64,000 nt of DNA, from positions 83,144,001 through 83,208,000 of the forward strand of contig OZ076409.1 in the NCBI GenBank assembly GCA_964187785.1, read 5' to 3'. Numbering within the stretch: the stretch's first letter is position 1; each line of letters opens with the position of its first letter. The notes beneath the pieces were generated by a model. The model had not been told where the DNA came from. It worked only from the letters and a program-made list of their open reading frames with translations, and did not search any database. The stretch is from Amphiscolops sp. MND2022. Taxonomy: Eukaryota. Positions 25,201-39,749 of the stretch are shown in pieces. The translations under genes and the position numbers were made by a program.

Positions 25201-28200
25201 TAACAAGCCGGGAACGGTCAAGTCAGCGCTATATCCAAGGCTCAAAATTGCAAAAGGGGGACCCTTTGGGCTTTGTGAAACTCCAGTAGGTTACAAAATA
25301 TGAAAAGAGTTGAAGGGAGACCCTTGGGAGATTTTAAATAATTTCCGGAAAAAAAATTTAAAACGGAGAGTTTTGAACAGTGTCACAGTGCCGGAAAATT
25401 TAAAAGGGGATTTTTTGAACATCCATTATGTTGTAAAATAGAAAGAAATGAAGGAGGACCCTTTGGAGCATTAAAAAAAATGCGAAAAAAATCTTACAAA
25501 GCATTAACATGCACAAAAAAATTTTGGTTTGGCCAAGGGCAAGACTCGAACCCACGCCCTTCTGCTTGGCAGACATCAAAAACTATCCTAATTAACCTCT
25601 ATGCTAAGTGGCAGTAGAAGTTACAAGTGTGGCAGTTAGTGGACGCAGCTTATAAAGCTTATGAAATCTGTCACTTCGTTGGCCTTAAAAAAAGTCACTG
25701 CTATAGTCTGCGTTTTCTACGAAAAGCGCCGATTAAAAATCGAAGTGAAAAGCACCTAGATATCCAAAGTGTGTTTTGGAGGTTGTGGGCGTCATTTTTG
25801 TTTTTGTTTCGGCGAGGTTCTAAAGTTTAGTGTTTTGAACCTCCGTAGTTCAGTTGTTGAACAAATGAACAAAAAAGTGGACCGAGCGCGTCTAAAAAAA
25901 CTATCCACTGTAACAGTCGGGCTCATTTTCTACTAAAATGCGCCGACAAAAACCTTGCTTATTTTCGTTGCTCCAGCGAGATGTGTCAGTGTGGTCCAAG
26001 CCTTGAAGAGTTGTCAATCTGGTTCTGAAATTAATTAGTTGCTACTAATCCTATTGGTTTCGTGTGAATTCTATCTTTTAATTTTTTCTTCGCACGAAAC
26101 ATATAAGATTAGGTTTGAAAGGAAAGACGTGAAAGCCGCAAACCTAGGTTTACCAATCAGTGCTCCAATCCAGTTTTTCGGTGATTTTTTTCTTCCACTT
26201 CAATGCCCAGCAGATGCTTCGCATATATTTCATTTTTTACTTATTTGGAATATTGATATATATGCCATTTCATCAACTTGTTTCTAGGACACCCCAGGCG
26301 CTGTGATCGCCGAATAGATTTTTCAAATCCTCTGGATAATGGATGTTTCCATTCCTTTTTTGCAAATAATTCATTTCGAAATCTAACAGTGTGATATTAC
26401 CGTCATTGAAATTCGAAAGTCCGATTGATCTTAATTGGTTTTTAATTTTGATTAGATTCCCAGGGAGAAGGCAATTAAAACAGGCAATGCTAAGCAATGT
26501 ACATCTTCGGGACGGCACTACGTGGTAACCCGGCCCTGGCTGCACCAATACTTCCAGTTCAGTCGACATGGAGGTGAAGAGGTGCTGTTTCTTCTGCTCT
26601 TCCCCTTCATCATGTGGTGCATCGACACCTGGACTATGAGACGTGTCAGGTGTGTTCTCTCGGAATCCTAATGTTTTAGTCGGCGCTTTCGTAGAAAGAG
26701 CAGACTATAGTAGTGTCTTTTTAAAATTTTTAAGACCAACGAACTGACAGTTCTACCAAAAGTTCTTCAATTTTAGCAAAGTCCCTCTGTAAAGCAGTCC
26801 CCTTCGACAACAACGCAACCCATACTAAATTTAACGCAATCCGGATATAACGAATTCCGGATATCACGTATACCGGATATAACGTTTCTTGGAGAATTAT
26901 TCAATGTTACAAAAGGTTTCGATGTTTAGGATATTCAGAGTGGATATAAAATCATTTGAGCCAAAGTGTCCTTTTGCTATTTTGAGCCTTAGATATGGCA
27001 CCGACTTGGGCCGTTCCGGCTTGTTAAAAACACTGGTTTGAGGTGACATTCCTGATTAATTTCCAAGTCGATTTTTAATTTGTTTAGTGACGTTGTTTTT
27101 CCGTATCAACTGTTGTATAGTATAGTTGAATGGCTGACTCTAAATATGACATCTTATGAAATAGTACTCGCTTTTCTAGGTAAACATTTGGACAAATATT
27201 TAAGTGTTTGTAGCGTCATTGAATTGGTGAGACACAAGCTAATTTGTTACAGCTTCTGTTTCACATTCTGCATGTTTGTGTGCACGGCCATGAAGGACGT
27301 AGTGTGCAAGCAGAGACCTTCTGCGCCTCCTGTTCTCAGACTGGAGATCCGATCTGCAGACGAGTTCAGTCTGCCTTCTACTCACGCAGTGGCAATAACT
27401 TCAACTTTCGTACCTCTTCTCACGGTTTATCACAACAGATACTCGGTTGGTTTTTGCACAGACAGCTGTCGAAATTCTTGTTCTTGAAAAAAGAACATTT
27501 TGAAAGTCTGTAACGATTATAAGTTTTACTTTTCTTTGGCTTCCAAAAAGGCTCAAATCGATTTTTTGAATATTTTTGGGATTTGAAAAGTCTATGGATG
27601 CGTTTTGTTGTCTTGATTACTGGAATATCTTTGATTTTATCGTTTGTACTATGATAGTGGCTCACATTGAATCAATATGTTAGGATCGCTATCATTGATT
27701 CCAATCAATGCCCCTTTTTTATACGCTGTCGCATTTTGCCTAAATCAAATAGGCGTTTTCAAAGATATCTGAAGAAGGGTTGGCGTTTTATTTTTGCCGC
27801 AACTAGAAGAGTTACTGCTACTTCTCTTGAATTGAAGAAAGCGTCTTTTTCTGCAAAGAAGAATCTGAAAAGCTTGATAGCAATGCATAATTTTCTCCTA
27901 ACGTTTCCCTCTCTAAACTGCTGAAGTGCTTTTGTTTCAGGATCATCTCAGTCCCAGGACGATGCTTGGACTATGGATGATTCTAATCTGGTCCATCTTA
28001 TCTGTTTGTCTCAGCAGAATCTACAACGGCATGCATACTTTCTTGGTTTGTTTTCCCCACTTCTTTTTCAGTTTTCTCTCATCAATTGCTAACAGCAAAT
28101 GCCGTGCTTTGATTGGAATCTGTGACCGAAAAGTTATTTGAACTTGAGATCGGGTTACTTCGAACGTATGAACAAATTGAGGTTTGATAACTGAGTAAAC

Positions 28201-29635
28201 TCATTAATTACACTGTTCAATATCTCAAACATTTCCGTTGAACTGTACCATGAATATTTTATCCGACGTATATTGGCCATTTGCTTATGAATTTTTCTAA
28301 TTTCATGTCGGCAAAGGGTGTGATCAAGTAGAAGGACGTGAGAATAGTACCATTTTGAAAATGTTAAGTATCTAACTTAAGCATCTACGGGAACGCAAAT
28401 GAAAGTTGTAGTCGGACTTCGGTCGAGTGAACGAACTATGCAAGTTTTGTGGTTTTATGTACAAATGAGTTCCATGTTTTATGAAGTAGTAAATAACCTC
28501 AGTAGCTTGTTTCTGACAAAATGTCCTCAACTTATCGTAACTAAGAAATTACAGTTATTCCATCTAAGTCACAAGACACAGTATTCGCAAATATTGTAAT
28601 TTTTGGCTCAAACTTCTGTTTTGTGTATGGGTTAAGTTCGTTGCATTTCTTTTTAGGATTAGGTTGTTACAATTTATTTTAAACTATCAATGTCATTAGG
28701 GGAATTGAATTTCAGGATGTTCTTTGTGGTCTGGTACTGACGGTGATGATGATCACTTCAGCTTTTCGAAAGTTGGACATCTTGATTGATATCTTCTTGA
28801 TGAAAGACCAATACGCTCCTTTCGTCATTGTGACCTCTGGATTTGTGTTGTGTGCCCTATATCCAAAGGTTCTATCTGTCACTAACTTTGTGATATGAAT
28901 ATCGAAAAGGCTTAAGGTATCTAGTTCGACTTTTCTAAATGCACTTTAATTACCGTAGTTAACTGAAGGTTTGTTCAGAATAAACCTTGTATTTATAGCA
29001 CAACTTTGTAAAGTTGATTAGCAAGAACGGGATTAGATCATTGTTGGGCGTGGAACAATCGAAAACTGTCTCCTCTTTCGGAGCAAAAGAGGAATGGACT
29101 TTTTTCATATATATAGTGCTGACTGGCTGGAAAGTCGTTCAAAAAACATTTGAAACTGATTGAAAGTGATAGTTTTATTTTGGCTGTAACTTTATCTTAA
29201 GTTTTGTGAGGGCAACTTAAATGTGTTCAGGTTGAGAAGTGGAACACTGGAAGAGGCGACAGTATCCTGCTTGTAGGTATGCACGTGGGGTACTTGCTTG
29301 CTACCTGGTTCAATTTCTCAGTGCTCCAAATGGACAGCGATGAACTACCACTGCCTTACGCTCCCATCACGGGAGCAGATGATACCCTGTTGCATACTCT
29401 GAAACCTCTCTTGAGAATGCTTGTCGGGTTGCCTCTGGTTTTCATCATGAGACTGGCCGTGAGATTCGTCATAATGAGAATCGTGTGCACAGTTTTGCGT
29501 CTGAATCCCAGTGACCCCAATACCAAGCAAATACCTATTGTAGAGTTACTTCACAAATACTTCTCCTACGTGGCCATAGGTTTTCTGGGAGTCGCCTGCA
29601 TTCCTCAGTTGTTTCCATATTTGAATATCTCTTGA
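22285..29635 (+). CDS. SGPP: Sphingosine-1-phosphate phosphatase (PAP2 superfamily), 6 coding exons, 387 aa
   Basis: Exons 22285-22398, 26456-26649, 27253-27445, 27941-28045, 28716-28868 and 29231-29635 are all GT-AG and phase-consistent. Motifs: C1 KDVVCKQRP, C2 PSTH, C3 SRIYNGMHTFLD, N-terminal VANFQRICG, and W..RGD in the last exon. Confidence 0.92.
23055..23129 (+). repeat. tRNA-derived (SINE-head-like) segment inside an intronic repeat
   Basis: A-box-like TAGTCTAGTGG, B-box-like ATTCGAACC and GGCG/CGCC ends, but degenerate arms. Confidence 0.45.
25202..25952 (-). mobile_element. Helentron-like non-autonomous repeat (DINE-1/HINE type) with a doubled end
   Basis: AACAAGCCGGGAACGG..AAGTCAGCGC at one end; GCGCCGAT/AC-AAAAA ends at about 25739 and 25952. 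Confidence 0.6.
26674..27025 (+). mobile_element. Helentron-like non-autonomous repeat
   Basis: TTTTAGTCGGCGC...GCACCGACTTGGGCCGTTCCGGCTTGTT. Confidence 0.65.
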
Positions 29636-31582
29636 ATTGAAATAATCAATACCTCACCTACTGACACAGATTATTTTAGACGAATTTTGAATTTATTTTA
29701 TCAATGTCATTTCGAATTCCACTGTATTTAAGCAGGCTGAAGTAGGTTTAAAATAGGTTGAAGGTTTTGACCTGCATTTAAAGCCGAGTTCCTTCTCGAA
29801 GGCCGTTGAATTTGACAAACAAGATTTAGATAAACGACATTTTTGCTTGAGTAGTCTAGTTATGTCAGTCACGAATTGATTTTCTCAGATCTGCCCATTT
29901 GAAAGTTTCATGTGAATAAAATGACCTCACCTACGTCTTATCTGATTGATTGAACGTGCTTTCATTTTATTCAATCAATTCAGTTTGATTCTCGATAGAG
30001 GCACTTGACAAGCAACATCAAGCATGTTAATCTTCAGTATAGCACTCGACATGATCAAATACTAGATTTCCATCAGGAGTCTCTTCGAGCATAAGATAGC
30101 GTCTGATAAAAAAGCGTCTTTTCCATATATAGAATTGAGATATCAATTGAGAAAGTTTTACAATTACATCAATATTGGTCCTATATCTTATCAAATTCTT
30201 TGTCCTATGTTTGAAAAGTTTACTCACGTTTTTAATGCCAAATGAAATATAACGGCGCTTACTTTAAGGAGGGGGAGATTGAATTATGCACCATCTCTCA
30301 GAAATGCAAATAGTTCATTTGGTCAGCCTGTGATATTTGTTTGCGTAAATAGACGAAAGTTTCAGATGTCAATTTCATGAAAAAAATATAAGGACTATCA
30401 GGAGTTTATGGTAAACGTACACTGAACCGTGTATGCGTAAAACCAGTTTTAATTTTTTTAAAAAAAGCCGGAAAGGTGTACTCTGAATGTTGAACTCACT
30501 GGAGCAAACAAGTGAATGTTTCTGCGTGACCTTCAAGTTGAAAAGCTGAAACATCTATTGACAACGCACGTGAGCTTGATCAGCTTCTAAAGATCTAGGT
30601 TTATCGTGGAATGTTTTGATCACTTCGACCGAATTAGAAAACGAAAAGCCCTTATAACCGCATTGTATTTCAAATCTGCGAAACAGGAATCACCAAAGCG
30701 AAAAGACTACTTCTGTAGATACACGTTCAGTATCTAACTATTAAGCCCTCGAAGTGATCATTCTATTGCTCAATTTTCCGATCAAAAGTTGGAGGTATTT
30801 CAAAATGAGTATTAGCGGCGGTTTTTGGTCTAGTTATGGCGCGATTCACGGAAAATATATTTGATGCAATTCGCGGCAACTTTCAAAACAGAATTTCACG
30901 GACAAGAAGTCACTGCTTATTTTCGAGTACCCGCATTTTTTAATCAATCGGAGCATGGCGTAGCGGTTAGAGCATTTGGCCTGTACTGGGGCGGTATTTG
31001 GTTGGAATCTCAACTCGATTGTTGGACCTTGGACATTGAGCAAGTCCTTCATCCTTAGGTTAATGATAAGGTTAGTGACAAAAATACATCTGGCGGAGAA
31101 AATCAAAAGGCGCTGCTTTGAGCAAGTCACTTGGAAACAACAGCTTCAAGCCCACCATTGCTACACTACTTGGCTACAAATTCGCCATACATCGGCCTGG
31201 GTAGATAATATCTGAAAAGGAGGCGACAAAGAACAGCAGAACCGCGAATTCGGTCCCTCGGAATTGTGGAAATCGACGTTATGTTCTCAACGGTCTCAAA
31301 ATCTGCATCTATATGTTTAAATAGAACAATGGGGAAAAGTTATTCACATTCAGCATATATATGTGAGTAGAAACTGAAAAATCAAGACACCTCATTTTTT
31401 TGCATGTCGATTACTAGCAAAAGTCACTTTTACATGCAGTAAATTTCTCCGATGCATGATTAAAGATATACTGCAGACGCTTTGCTACACTATGGATACC
31501 ATGATTGTTGCAGCAGGTTGCTTTTCTTTAGGTGTATTTTCTTGCCTCACGTCAATGGCAATTTTGGTCAAGTAATTCATTA

Positions 31583-32198
31583 GAGTGCATAAGCAAGCTA
31601 AATTTGCAAAACGAACCACTCAGATTGCAGAAATCATAAATTTACTGGATTCCACGACTTTATGCTTGACGCGATACGCGGCATCTTCTTGAATTAAATT
31701 CAAGTGGAAGATTGAACAAATATATTATTATGCACTACTTTTGGTATAAAAATTCAAAATGATTCAAACTAACACACCAATAATACACAAATATTCGTGT
31801 TTTTCGAAGTTTAGTACCAGTTTTGAACAAACTGCCAGATCATCACAATCTGCCATTATTTGATGACATGCTGCAATTTTGGCACCAGTCATGAGTATCT
31901 CCATTCGTACTTTGGGATTTTTCGTGCCAATCAAAATTTCCATTGTTATCAAATTGATTTTATTTAAACTCTTCTGCCTTTCCAATAATGATCACTCAAA
32001 ATCAGCCGACCAATCAGACAGCAGCGGCAAAAGCGTCATCACTGCAGCATTTTTAGCGTGAAATTCAGGAGAAGCATTGTCGTGGAATCCAAGACACGCT
32101 CAACATCAAAGGAAATTTTGTCCTGGATCCCACGACTTTTCTCAATTTTCGTGTCCCGTATTCCACGACAAGCAGCAAAATAGCTTGCCAATGCACTG
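31583..32198. mobile_element. Tc1/mariner-type MITE (~616 bp)
   Basis: Imperfect TIRs (GAGTGCATAAGCAAGCTA / TAGCTTGCCAATGCACTG) flanked by TA; internal GATTCCACGAC-like repeats in both orientations. Confidence 0.55.
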
Positions 32199-34231
32199 TA
32201 ATGTTGGTTTCTGAGACAATATCAGGTAACAATAGTTTTTTACGTTTACAGTAAATTATTTACGCAAACCTGGTTTTTTATAGATTTCTCGAATGTTTAG
32301 CTATAAGTTTTTGTAAACATCCTTGGATGGGTGTTTGTTTGTCAAGCCTTTCTTCACCATGGGTCACATATTTCTAGTGAATTTGATATTAAAATGCTGT
32401 TCCATGTAGTTTTACTTTTACAGTTTTTTTATCATCAAATTTCGAGTTGTTGCAATATTTCCTCAGCGAATTGGGTTTTAATAATCTCTCAACTGATTAT
32501 TTCACAAAACGAGGGTATGCGAGTTCGTTTGGAAGGGTTGTCAGACCGAGCCAATAAAATTCGAAAAAGTCAATACTAACCTCCGGCAGAATTTCAGCCA
32601 TATTCAAAAGTAACAGTTCAATTGGTTGTCATTTTGATGTTGGAAGCAATGCAACATTGTACTTATCGATTGAGTAGAATTGGACTCCATGAAAAGCATC
32701 GCTTATGGTAAAAAATATTTTTTCAAAAAAATCCGACGACAAATTCGTTGTTTCAATATGACTGATCTGTTCAAAAGTTTTGCGAGAATGAACTTTATAC
32801 ATGCGTCTCGTGTTTACCGCTTTGATCAAAAAAAAGTTCTATGCGTAATTTTTTAGAACCCTACTGTAATTACATTGAAACACCTTTCAACACTTGTGTG
32901 AGTTACTTCTTCATAAAATATTTTATTATTTTATTGCTGTGGAGAATTGTTAAGAGTATATCTTGTAAAGCGTCGAGGCGTAAAAGTGGTTTGGTAGTCA
33001 GATATTTGGCTACCTAGAGCAACAAAAAATGTCAAAACACAATTGGATCAAAATGTTTTTTTTATTATTGTTTCTAAAACTCTGCACTCAATGGTAGTAT
33101 GAAATGTATTTGCTCGCTCAGTATGTCGACGTCTATGATACACAGAAAACTCCAGTTGATGGCTGTGATATGCATCTATCACCCTTTAAAACCAATTTCA
33201 CCCGCTCTTTGGTGCCGTCTTCGGTAAGCAGGATCATAGGTGGATCTAAACGATTTAAAACATGTATCAGAAAATTTGGAAAGTTCTGTTGAAATTTCAT
33301 CATAGGCTTTCATCATCTGTCAATCTATGACTTTGGAAATGGACAGATTTGTTTTGAAAAAATGAATCATAGCATGTGACATTGAATACATGAGTAGTAA
33401 CTTTTCCAATTGGCCGCAATGAAATAAGACAGAAGTTTTCGCCCCAAATTCTCGTAACAGACTTTTAGTAAACGAGAAACTAAAAACTCACTAGCCATTT
33501 AAAAAACTAAAGACCATTTGTTAGACTATCAGTCTTGGGCGACTGACGTACTTATCACGTGAGTTTTCCCTCTAAATTTTTAACGCCTTGGAGAGAGGAT
33601 CGTCAGTGCCACATGATCAGTAACGTAGTTTCAAAATTTAAGCCGCAGATGATTGTAAGTTCAGAAACCGCAGCTTATATCTGGACATAGTTTGAACTCT
33701 CAAGCCGGGAACGGTGCAAGTCGGCGCCCCGCTCAAGGTCCAGAAAGAGCAAAGTGTCTTCAATATGCGAAGCGACACTATTGTAAAAATTTTCGTGAAA
33801 TTTACAGTGCCGAAAAATACCCGAGGAGATACCGATAAGACTCGAAAAACGTTTTTACCCTAACATTAGATTCTGAGACATTCATGATCTTTTGGACATT
33901 TTAGGTCTTCTAGCTACCTGTTTTCCGAAATGAAATGTGTTCGACCACATAGCTTTTTCAACCGGAATAACTATTGGAAAAGATTCAGACCTCGAAAGTT
34001 ACTGAATGTTGTTTGCTTTTTTGTTCGCCATCTGAAGCCATCTTGTTTCGTTTTAGTTCGTTTTAGTAGTTTTTTGTCTGTATTGGACACTCTTCTGTTC
34101 AATTCGTGATTAAATTTCAAATTTTGTGTTGGCCAAAGTTTTTTGGGCCAAATTATAAACTTTTTGACGAGAATTTGGCTTGTGTTGTCCAATTTCACTT
34201 GAAAATAGCTTCGATTTTCTCATGAAGCCCG

Positions 34232-34692
34232 TTTTTTAGTCGGCGCTTTTCTTAAGAAAAGAGCCCGACTATTACAGTCACTCGTTTTTTTTTAATTTAG
34301 GACAGACTCGAAGCGACAAACGTTAAAATTAACGTTCAACTACTAAATACAGTACTAAACTACTGGACCGCTAAGGGCAAACGGGGAGCGCATTCATTTA
34401 CTTTTTAAACGTTACCTACAAGCCCGGACGGGACTAAAGTTCCCCCCCTCTTCGATTTTTTTTCGGCACTGTGAGACTTTTTTTCGAAAAAATTTTTATT
34501 GTCTCAAAAGGGTCCCCCTTCGAGTTTTCTCATATTTTGCAACTGAATGTATGTTAATCACTCCCAAAGGGTCCCCCCTTCTACATTTTTCGGCACTATG
34601 CGACTTTTTTTGAAAGAAATTTTTCCAAAAAAATGTTTTGCGCTTTTTGAGCCTTAGATATGGTGCCGACTTTAGACGTTCTCGTCTTGTTT
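34232..34692 (+). mobile_element. Helentron-like non-autonomous repeat
   Basis: TTTTTTAGTCGGCGC...GTGCCGACTTTAGACGTTCTCGTCTTGTT. Confidence 0.65.
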
Positions 34693-34719
34693 AATTTTTA
34701 TGTTACGTAGCATTTTCCA

Positions 34720-35410
34720 GCAGTGATCACCAGAAAACTCAACACAAGAAAACTCAACACAGAAAACTCAACACAAGCAAACTCAACTCACGAAAACTCA
34801 ACACAATTTAGGCTACTCAATAGATGTATAATATATAACAAGACGCCCGCTAAGCACCGGGATATTTTCCGCGTTCCGCGACACGCTTTTTGCAAAAAAA
34901 GTATGGCGAAGGAGAGGTTCGAACCCACGACCTACTGGCTGGGAAACAAAAAAATTCAAGCATCAGCCCGGGTTCGAACCCAGGACCTACAACCTGACTG
35001 AGGAGCCATCATAATTGAAGTAACTCAGTTGTAACTCAGTTCAAGTAACTAAGTGACGTGCACTAATGGAGTGGAGATAAAGTGGAGTTTTGGCAGAATT
35101 TGTAAAAAAACGCATCACAGATCATGATTTTCCTCCCCTATTTTTGTGGGCGGGAAAATAATAATCGTGATCTATATTATACTTGTATATTCCTTGTGAG
35201 GTACTGCTCATGATTTATGCATTTGACACTAAAATTTGATTCTGAAAAATATTTGTGCTTGCGTTTAAATTTTTTTCTAGAGTTTTGTTTCATGGCTTCA
35301 ATTGGTTAGGAATTGTTTAATCCGGAAATTAAACTCAATTCTCAGTTAACTAAAATTAATTAAATGCGTTGAAATGTGTTGAGTTTTCATGTGCTGAGTT
35401 TTCCGTAACA
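34720..35410. mobile_element. Putative MITE with AAAACTCAACAC subterminal repeats and tRNA-like internal pieces
   Basis: An AAACTCAACAC array at 34733-34805 with inverted copies at 35376-35403; GGTTCGAACCC twice inside. Confidence 0.45.
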
Positions 35411-36782
35411 GCAGCGTACAGTAATCCTTCTGGTGCAACATTTCTGCTTGATATAGTTTACGAAAATGATATTACATTGAAGTTTCAGCGTTTTTCGAAA
35501 AATCCGTCATTTTGCTGTAATTTAATAATCTTCCCTCTTTTGTTTTCTAAGAAGAGTCAATTTCCCGCGTGTATTTCAAACAGGAGTTGCACCAGATGCC
35601 AGTGGGCTACTTTTGCAGTAGAAACTATTATTCTGGAGTTTCCGCGAAACAGTTTTTTGGCATTAAGTTTTACTCCAAATTAGCTGCTCTTGGATCGCAA
35701 GCTCTGAAATCGATCAGCATAACTTGAAGTGCATTCCGGATTCCAAAGAATCCTTAGGTTACTCAGGAAGTTTTCGTTTAAAAAAGAGTCCATACCTTGG
35801 GTTTGTTGGCAAAATTTCTTTTGAATTGATCGGAAGTCTTATATGTTTTTTGTTACGCTTCAACTGCAGTAACTTATTGCTTTTGATACCAGATATCAAA
35901 ACAGGTTTTTGAACTATGCAGGAGATGCTGTTTTGATAGCGCTTGAGATGTCGGACAACGTAGTTTAGCCAATGTTCTTTTGTTTCGAGTTTGAAATTTC
36001 AACCAAGCGCAACCTCAAAAAAAGTATCGACCACTTCGAAGATCACCAATATTTCTGCAGCTGCAAAACATTTGCTACTATTTTTCAAAAGTTCACCTAC
36101 CTTTCCACGCAGAATTTTTCAGGGCAAAATCATGTGGAAAAGTTTTCCTTCTATATTTTTCAATTTCAACTTAGTTGCAATACTACTATATACTACTTAG
36201 TAAACAGCTGTTTGCGAAAAAAGTGTTCCCTTTGTTACTAAGAGGATTAGATTATATGTTGAAAAAAGTGTCAATCTTTCATTGAGGAAAAAGTTGAGGT
36301 TTTCTCAAACAATTATCCCACCTTTTGCAGAACAAATATCATTGTGTAAATATGTAGTGTACGCCTTCGTAGTCAAAAAGATATCTCAGCTCCAGTGAAA
36401 TTTTTTGTCCTGCTCTACCTCGCTGAAGACAACCGCTACCGATCACAGGGTATGAGGAAACGAATGGACCTGGTGAAATGATTTTGAAAATTTGAAGCTT
36501 TGATGACGTTTTGCATTCAGACGTTATTTCACGTTTTAATCGACCGAGATTCTTTTCCGTTGGCGCAAGGGTCAAACAAGAAAAGGTCAAATGAACATTC
36601 GAAATTGTAAAAGTAACGTGCAATTTTCGTTTTCAACGGAATTTCAAGCAAAAACGAAGCAGCCCTTTTTCAGAGGTGGTGTCAAAAAGAGAGACCAAAA
36701 TTTCTTCCAAAAAAACTTAAATAAACAGAAATGCTCTTAGAATTTACAGTCAATGTTGACACACAAAGTAGATCAACCCAAC

Positions 36783-37012
36783 CTGAATAGATATGCTGTG
36801 TCGCCTGAAGTTTCATCACATATGTCTACAGGAGTTCCAACATAGGATGAGGACTGTGCCACTTTCACCACGTGGTTTCTCTTACCATCGGGGCCAGAGT
36901 AGACTTCCCGCAAAGACCGATTCAAAGAGTCTCCTGTGAAAGGATACACGTCATTGGTGGTTGTAATTGCTGCTGCTGTTTTGGCTTCGCTCTGCGTAGT
37001 CTCGTTCGCCAT
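36783..37012 (-). CDS. First coding exon of a probable C4orf45/SPMIP2-like axonemal microtubule inner protein
   Basis: YSGPDGKRNH...SSYVG...TSGDTAYLFR resembles the recalled C4orf45 motif (TGPD...YVG...GDLRYLWR). It ends at AG|GT in phase 2. A phase-compatible candidate exon from 33245 to about 33183 gives STYDPAYRRRHQRAGEIGF (cf. GEIGW). The rest of the gene is unresolved. Confidence 0.5.
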
Positions 37013-37899
37013 GCCACATTAATAAAATATGCAAACACGCAACTTTTGATCAAACAAGGCTTTGAGAGACAATTTTTGGTACGTCTGGTAAATCTATTTT
37101 GTGTGCAAAAATTGTCTCAGTTCTAAGAGTAATATTGAAGAATGCGCTTTCTTTTTGTTACATCAGTCGATGAATTTAATGAATTTCTCGAGCTTTTTTC
37201 ACAGCAATTTTGAAAAACTTTTGAATGATGAGTTGAACGACTTAAAGTAAACTTTAATGCTGAAAATGGTCACCACTTATAAACCAAAATAGTTAAAATT
37301 ACAAATTTGATGGTTTGAGTTTTTGGTTTTCAATGTAATATTTTTTATGTAGGGCTTATGGGTTGTCTTGGTCAACCTCTACAATAGCGCCGCAAAATTG
37401 TGCACGTTTTCGCGGCCAAAACCTCAAAGTCCAGATGCTAAACTGCGACGTAAACGAATAGTCTACGTGTGCCAGTGTAGCACAAATTCTCAAGACAATA
37501 TTCATTCCCTATCCTTTATAGAATTCAATGATAGTGTTTGGGTGTTGTGATTTCTTGTCTCTTCAACGCTTCGTTGCTTCTGGAGTGCTAGAAAAATGGC
37601 GGTAGTTCTATCAGAAGTTTTGGACGAGGAAGAAATAGATGGCTTGTAACCATTGGATAGGAAATGAACAGTTTCAAACTCGTGATTTTTTATTAGTTTT
37701 CTCTAACGTAATTGCTATTTTCCGCCCATACTTCATATGGGAAAGGAAAATATTTAAATCAAATGGTTTTTTTAACAAAAATTGCAAGCACGAAATTTAT
37801 ATTCACCTTAAAGGGTGTTACCCATAGAATTCAACTCACGTAAATTTAGTTTCGTGCGATATGTATTTGTAGAGATTTTTGGACTTTTTTGGCAATGGC

Positions 37900-39110
37900 C
37901 AAAATGACCCCGAAAATGACAAATATTCAAAAATTTCCCAATTTTCAACGTTTTTAAGCAATTTTTGGCATTTTTTCGATAGACATCGTGGATTAGAATG
38001 TTGAAAACGTTCAACAAGGCACGAATTCGTTGTCCAATAATCTCCTATCAAGAGAAAAATGTGGTTTTTCAAAGAAAAATTACCCCAAAAGCGACAAAAA
38101 TTCCAAAATTTATGCAATTTTTGTCAAATTTTCGATAGACTTCGGGGATTAGAATGTTGAAAAGGCTCAACATGGCAGGAGTTTGTTCTCCAGTAGGCTT
38201 TTCCGAAGAGATAATTGCTGTTTTCAAAATGAAAAGTATCTCAAATTGGCACCGAAATAGACAAAAAGCCCAGTATTTTCAGACTTTGAAGGATTTTATG
38301 CAGTTTTTGTCAAATTTATGAAGGACTTCGTGGATTGGAATGTTAAAAAAGGTCAACAAGGAAAGAGTGTTTGTAGTCCAGTGAGCTTTTTCGAAGAATA
38401 AATTGAGGTTTTCAAGTTGCAAAAAATCTCGATTTGGCCCCCGAATTTGACAAAAAACCCAAAATTTTTCAATTTTCAAAGTTTTTTTGGCAATTTTTGA
38501 CAATTTTTCGATAGACTTCGTGGATTAGAATGTTGAAAACGTTCATCATGACAGGAATTCGTTGTCCATTAGGTAATTCTGAAGAGCTAATTGCGGTTTT
38601 CAAGTTGAAAAATATCTCAAATAGGCACCGACGTAGACAAAAAACCCGAAATTTTCCAGTTTTCAATGTTTTTTGCAAATTTCGTCAAATTTTCGATAGA
38701 CTTCGTAGATTGGAATGTTGAAAACGGTCAGGAAAGTAGAAATATGTCAACCAGCAGTCTTTTATGAAGAGATAATTGGGTTTTCAAGTTGAAAATATCT
38801 CAAATTGGCACCGAAACAGACAAAAAACAGAAAATTTTCAAACTTTCAAAGTCTTTATGCAATTTTTGTCAAATTTATGACAGACTTCGTGGATTGGAAT
38901 GTTAAAAAGAGACCCAAAACAAGGAAAAACCAAAATTTTCAAAGTTCAATGTTTTTATGCAGTTTTTGTCAAGTTATCGATAGGCCTCGTGGACTAGAAT
39001 GTTAACATGGAAAGACTCCTCGTTTCAGTGAGCTTTTGTTGAGAGATAAATACAATTTGTAATAAAAATGCCTCAAATTTAGTCAGAAAATGTCGATAAA
39101 TTTAATTTTT
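37900..39110. repeat. Degenerate tandem satellite, ~185-bp unit, about 6-7 copies
   Basis: GACTTCGTGGATT(A/G)GAATGTT recurs near 37982, 38138, 38324, 38514, 38699, 38883 and 38984. Confidence 0.8.
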
Positions 39111-39749
39111 TGTCGTTTTGATGCAATTTCTGTACATTTTCCGAGAGTATTCGTTATAAGTTCTAACACAGTCAAAACTAAAAAAACCTAAAGCTATGTA
39201 GTACAATATTTGAAAAGTACGTTGCAGCGTTTTGCTTCAAAAACACTCCAGAATGACTCCGAATGAGTCGCAAATCGAAAAAAAAATCAACATCTCGTTT
39301 TTATGCACCTTATATGTACTTTTTGAATCGTTTTGGAGTCAGAATGTTAGACTCAGAGCTCAAACACTGAACCCATAACCCAATAGGCCCTTGAAGAAGA
39401 ATTTACAGACTTCGGTTGGAAAATGGTCAAAATTGACAGTAAAAAGTCGAAATTTTGCCTATTTCTGACATTTGCAGTGAAGTTTTATTCGAGACTAGAT
39501 AATTTTGACATTAGAAAATTATAAAGATAAAAGCTTCCAAAAATTTATTATGAGAAAATTAGGACCACAGCACGTTTTTGGAAGAGAAATTTGCACATTT
39601 TTTGGCAGAAAGTTTCCTCGGAATGACCAAAATAGTGCAAAAACTGAGAATTTTCATATTTTAAAACATTTTATACAAATTTTTGTACAACTTTTAAGCA
39701 ACTTCCTTGCATAAAGAGGTTAAAAAAACTCAGTAATGACTAATCCCGG

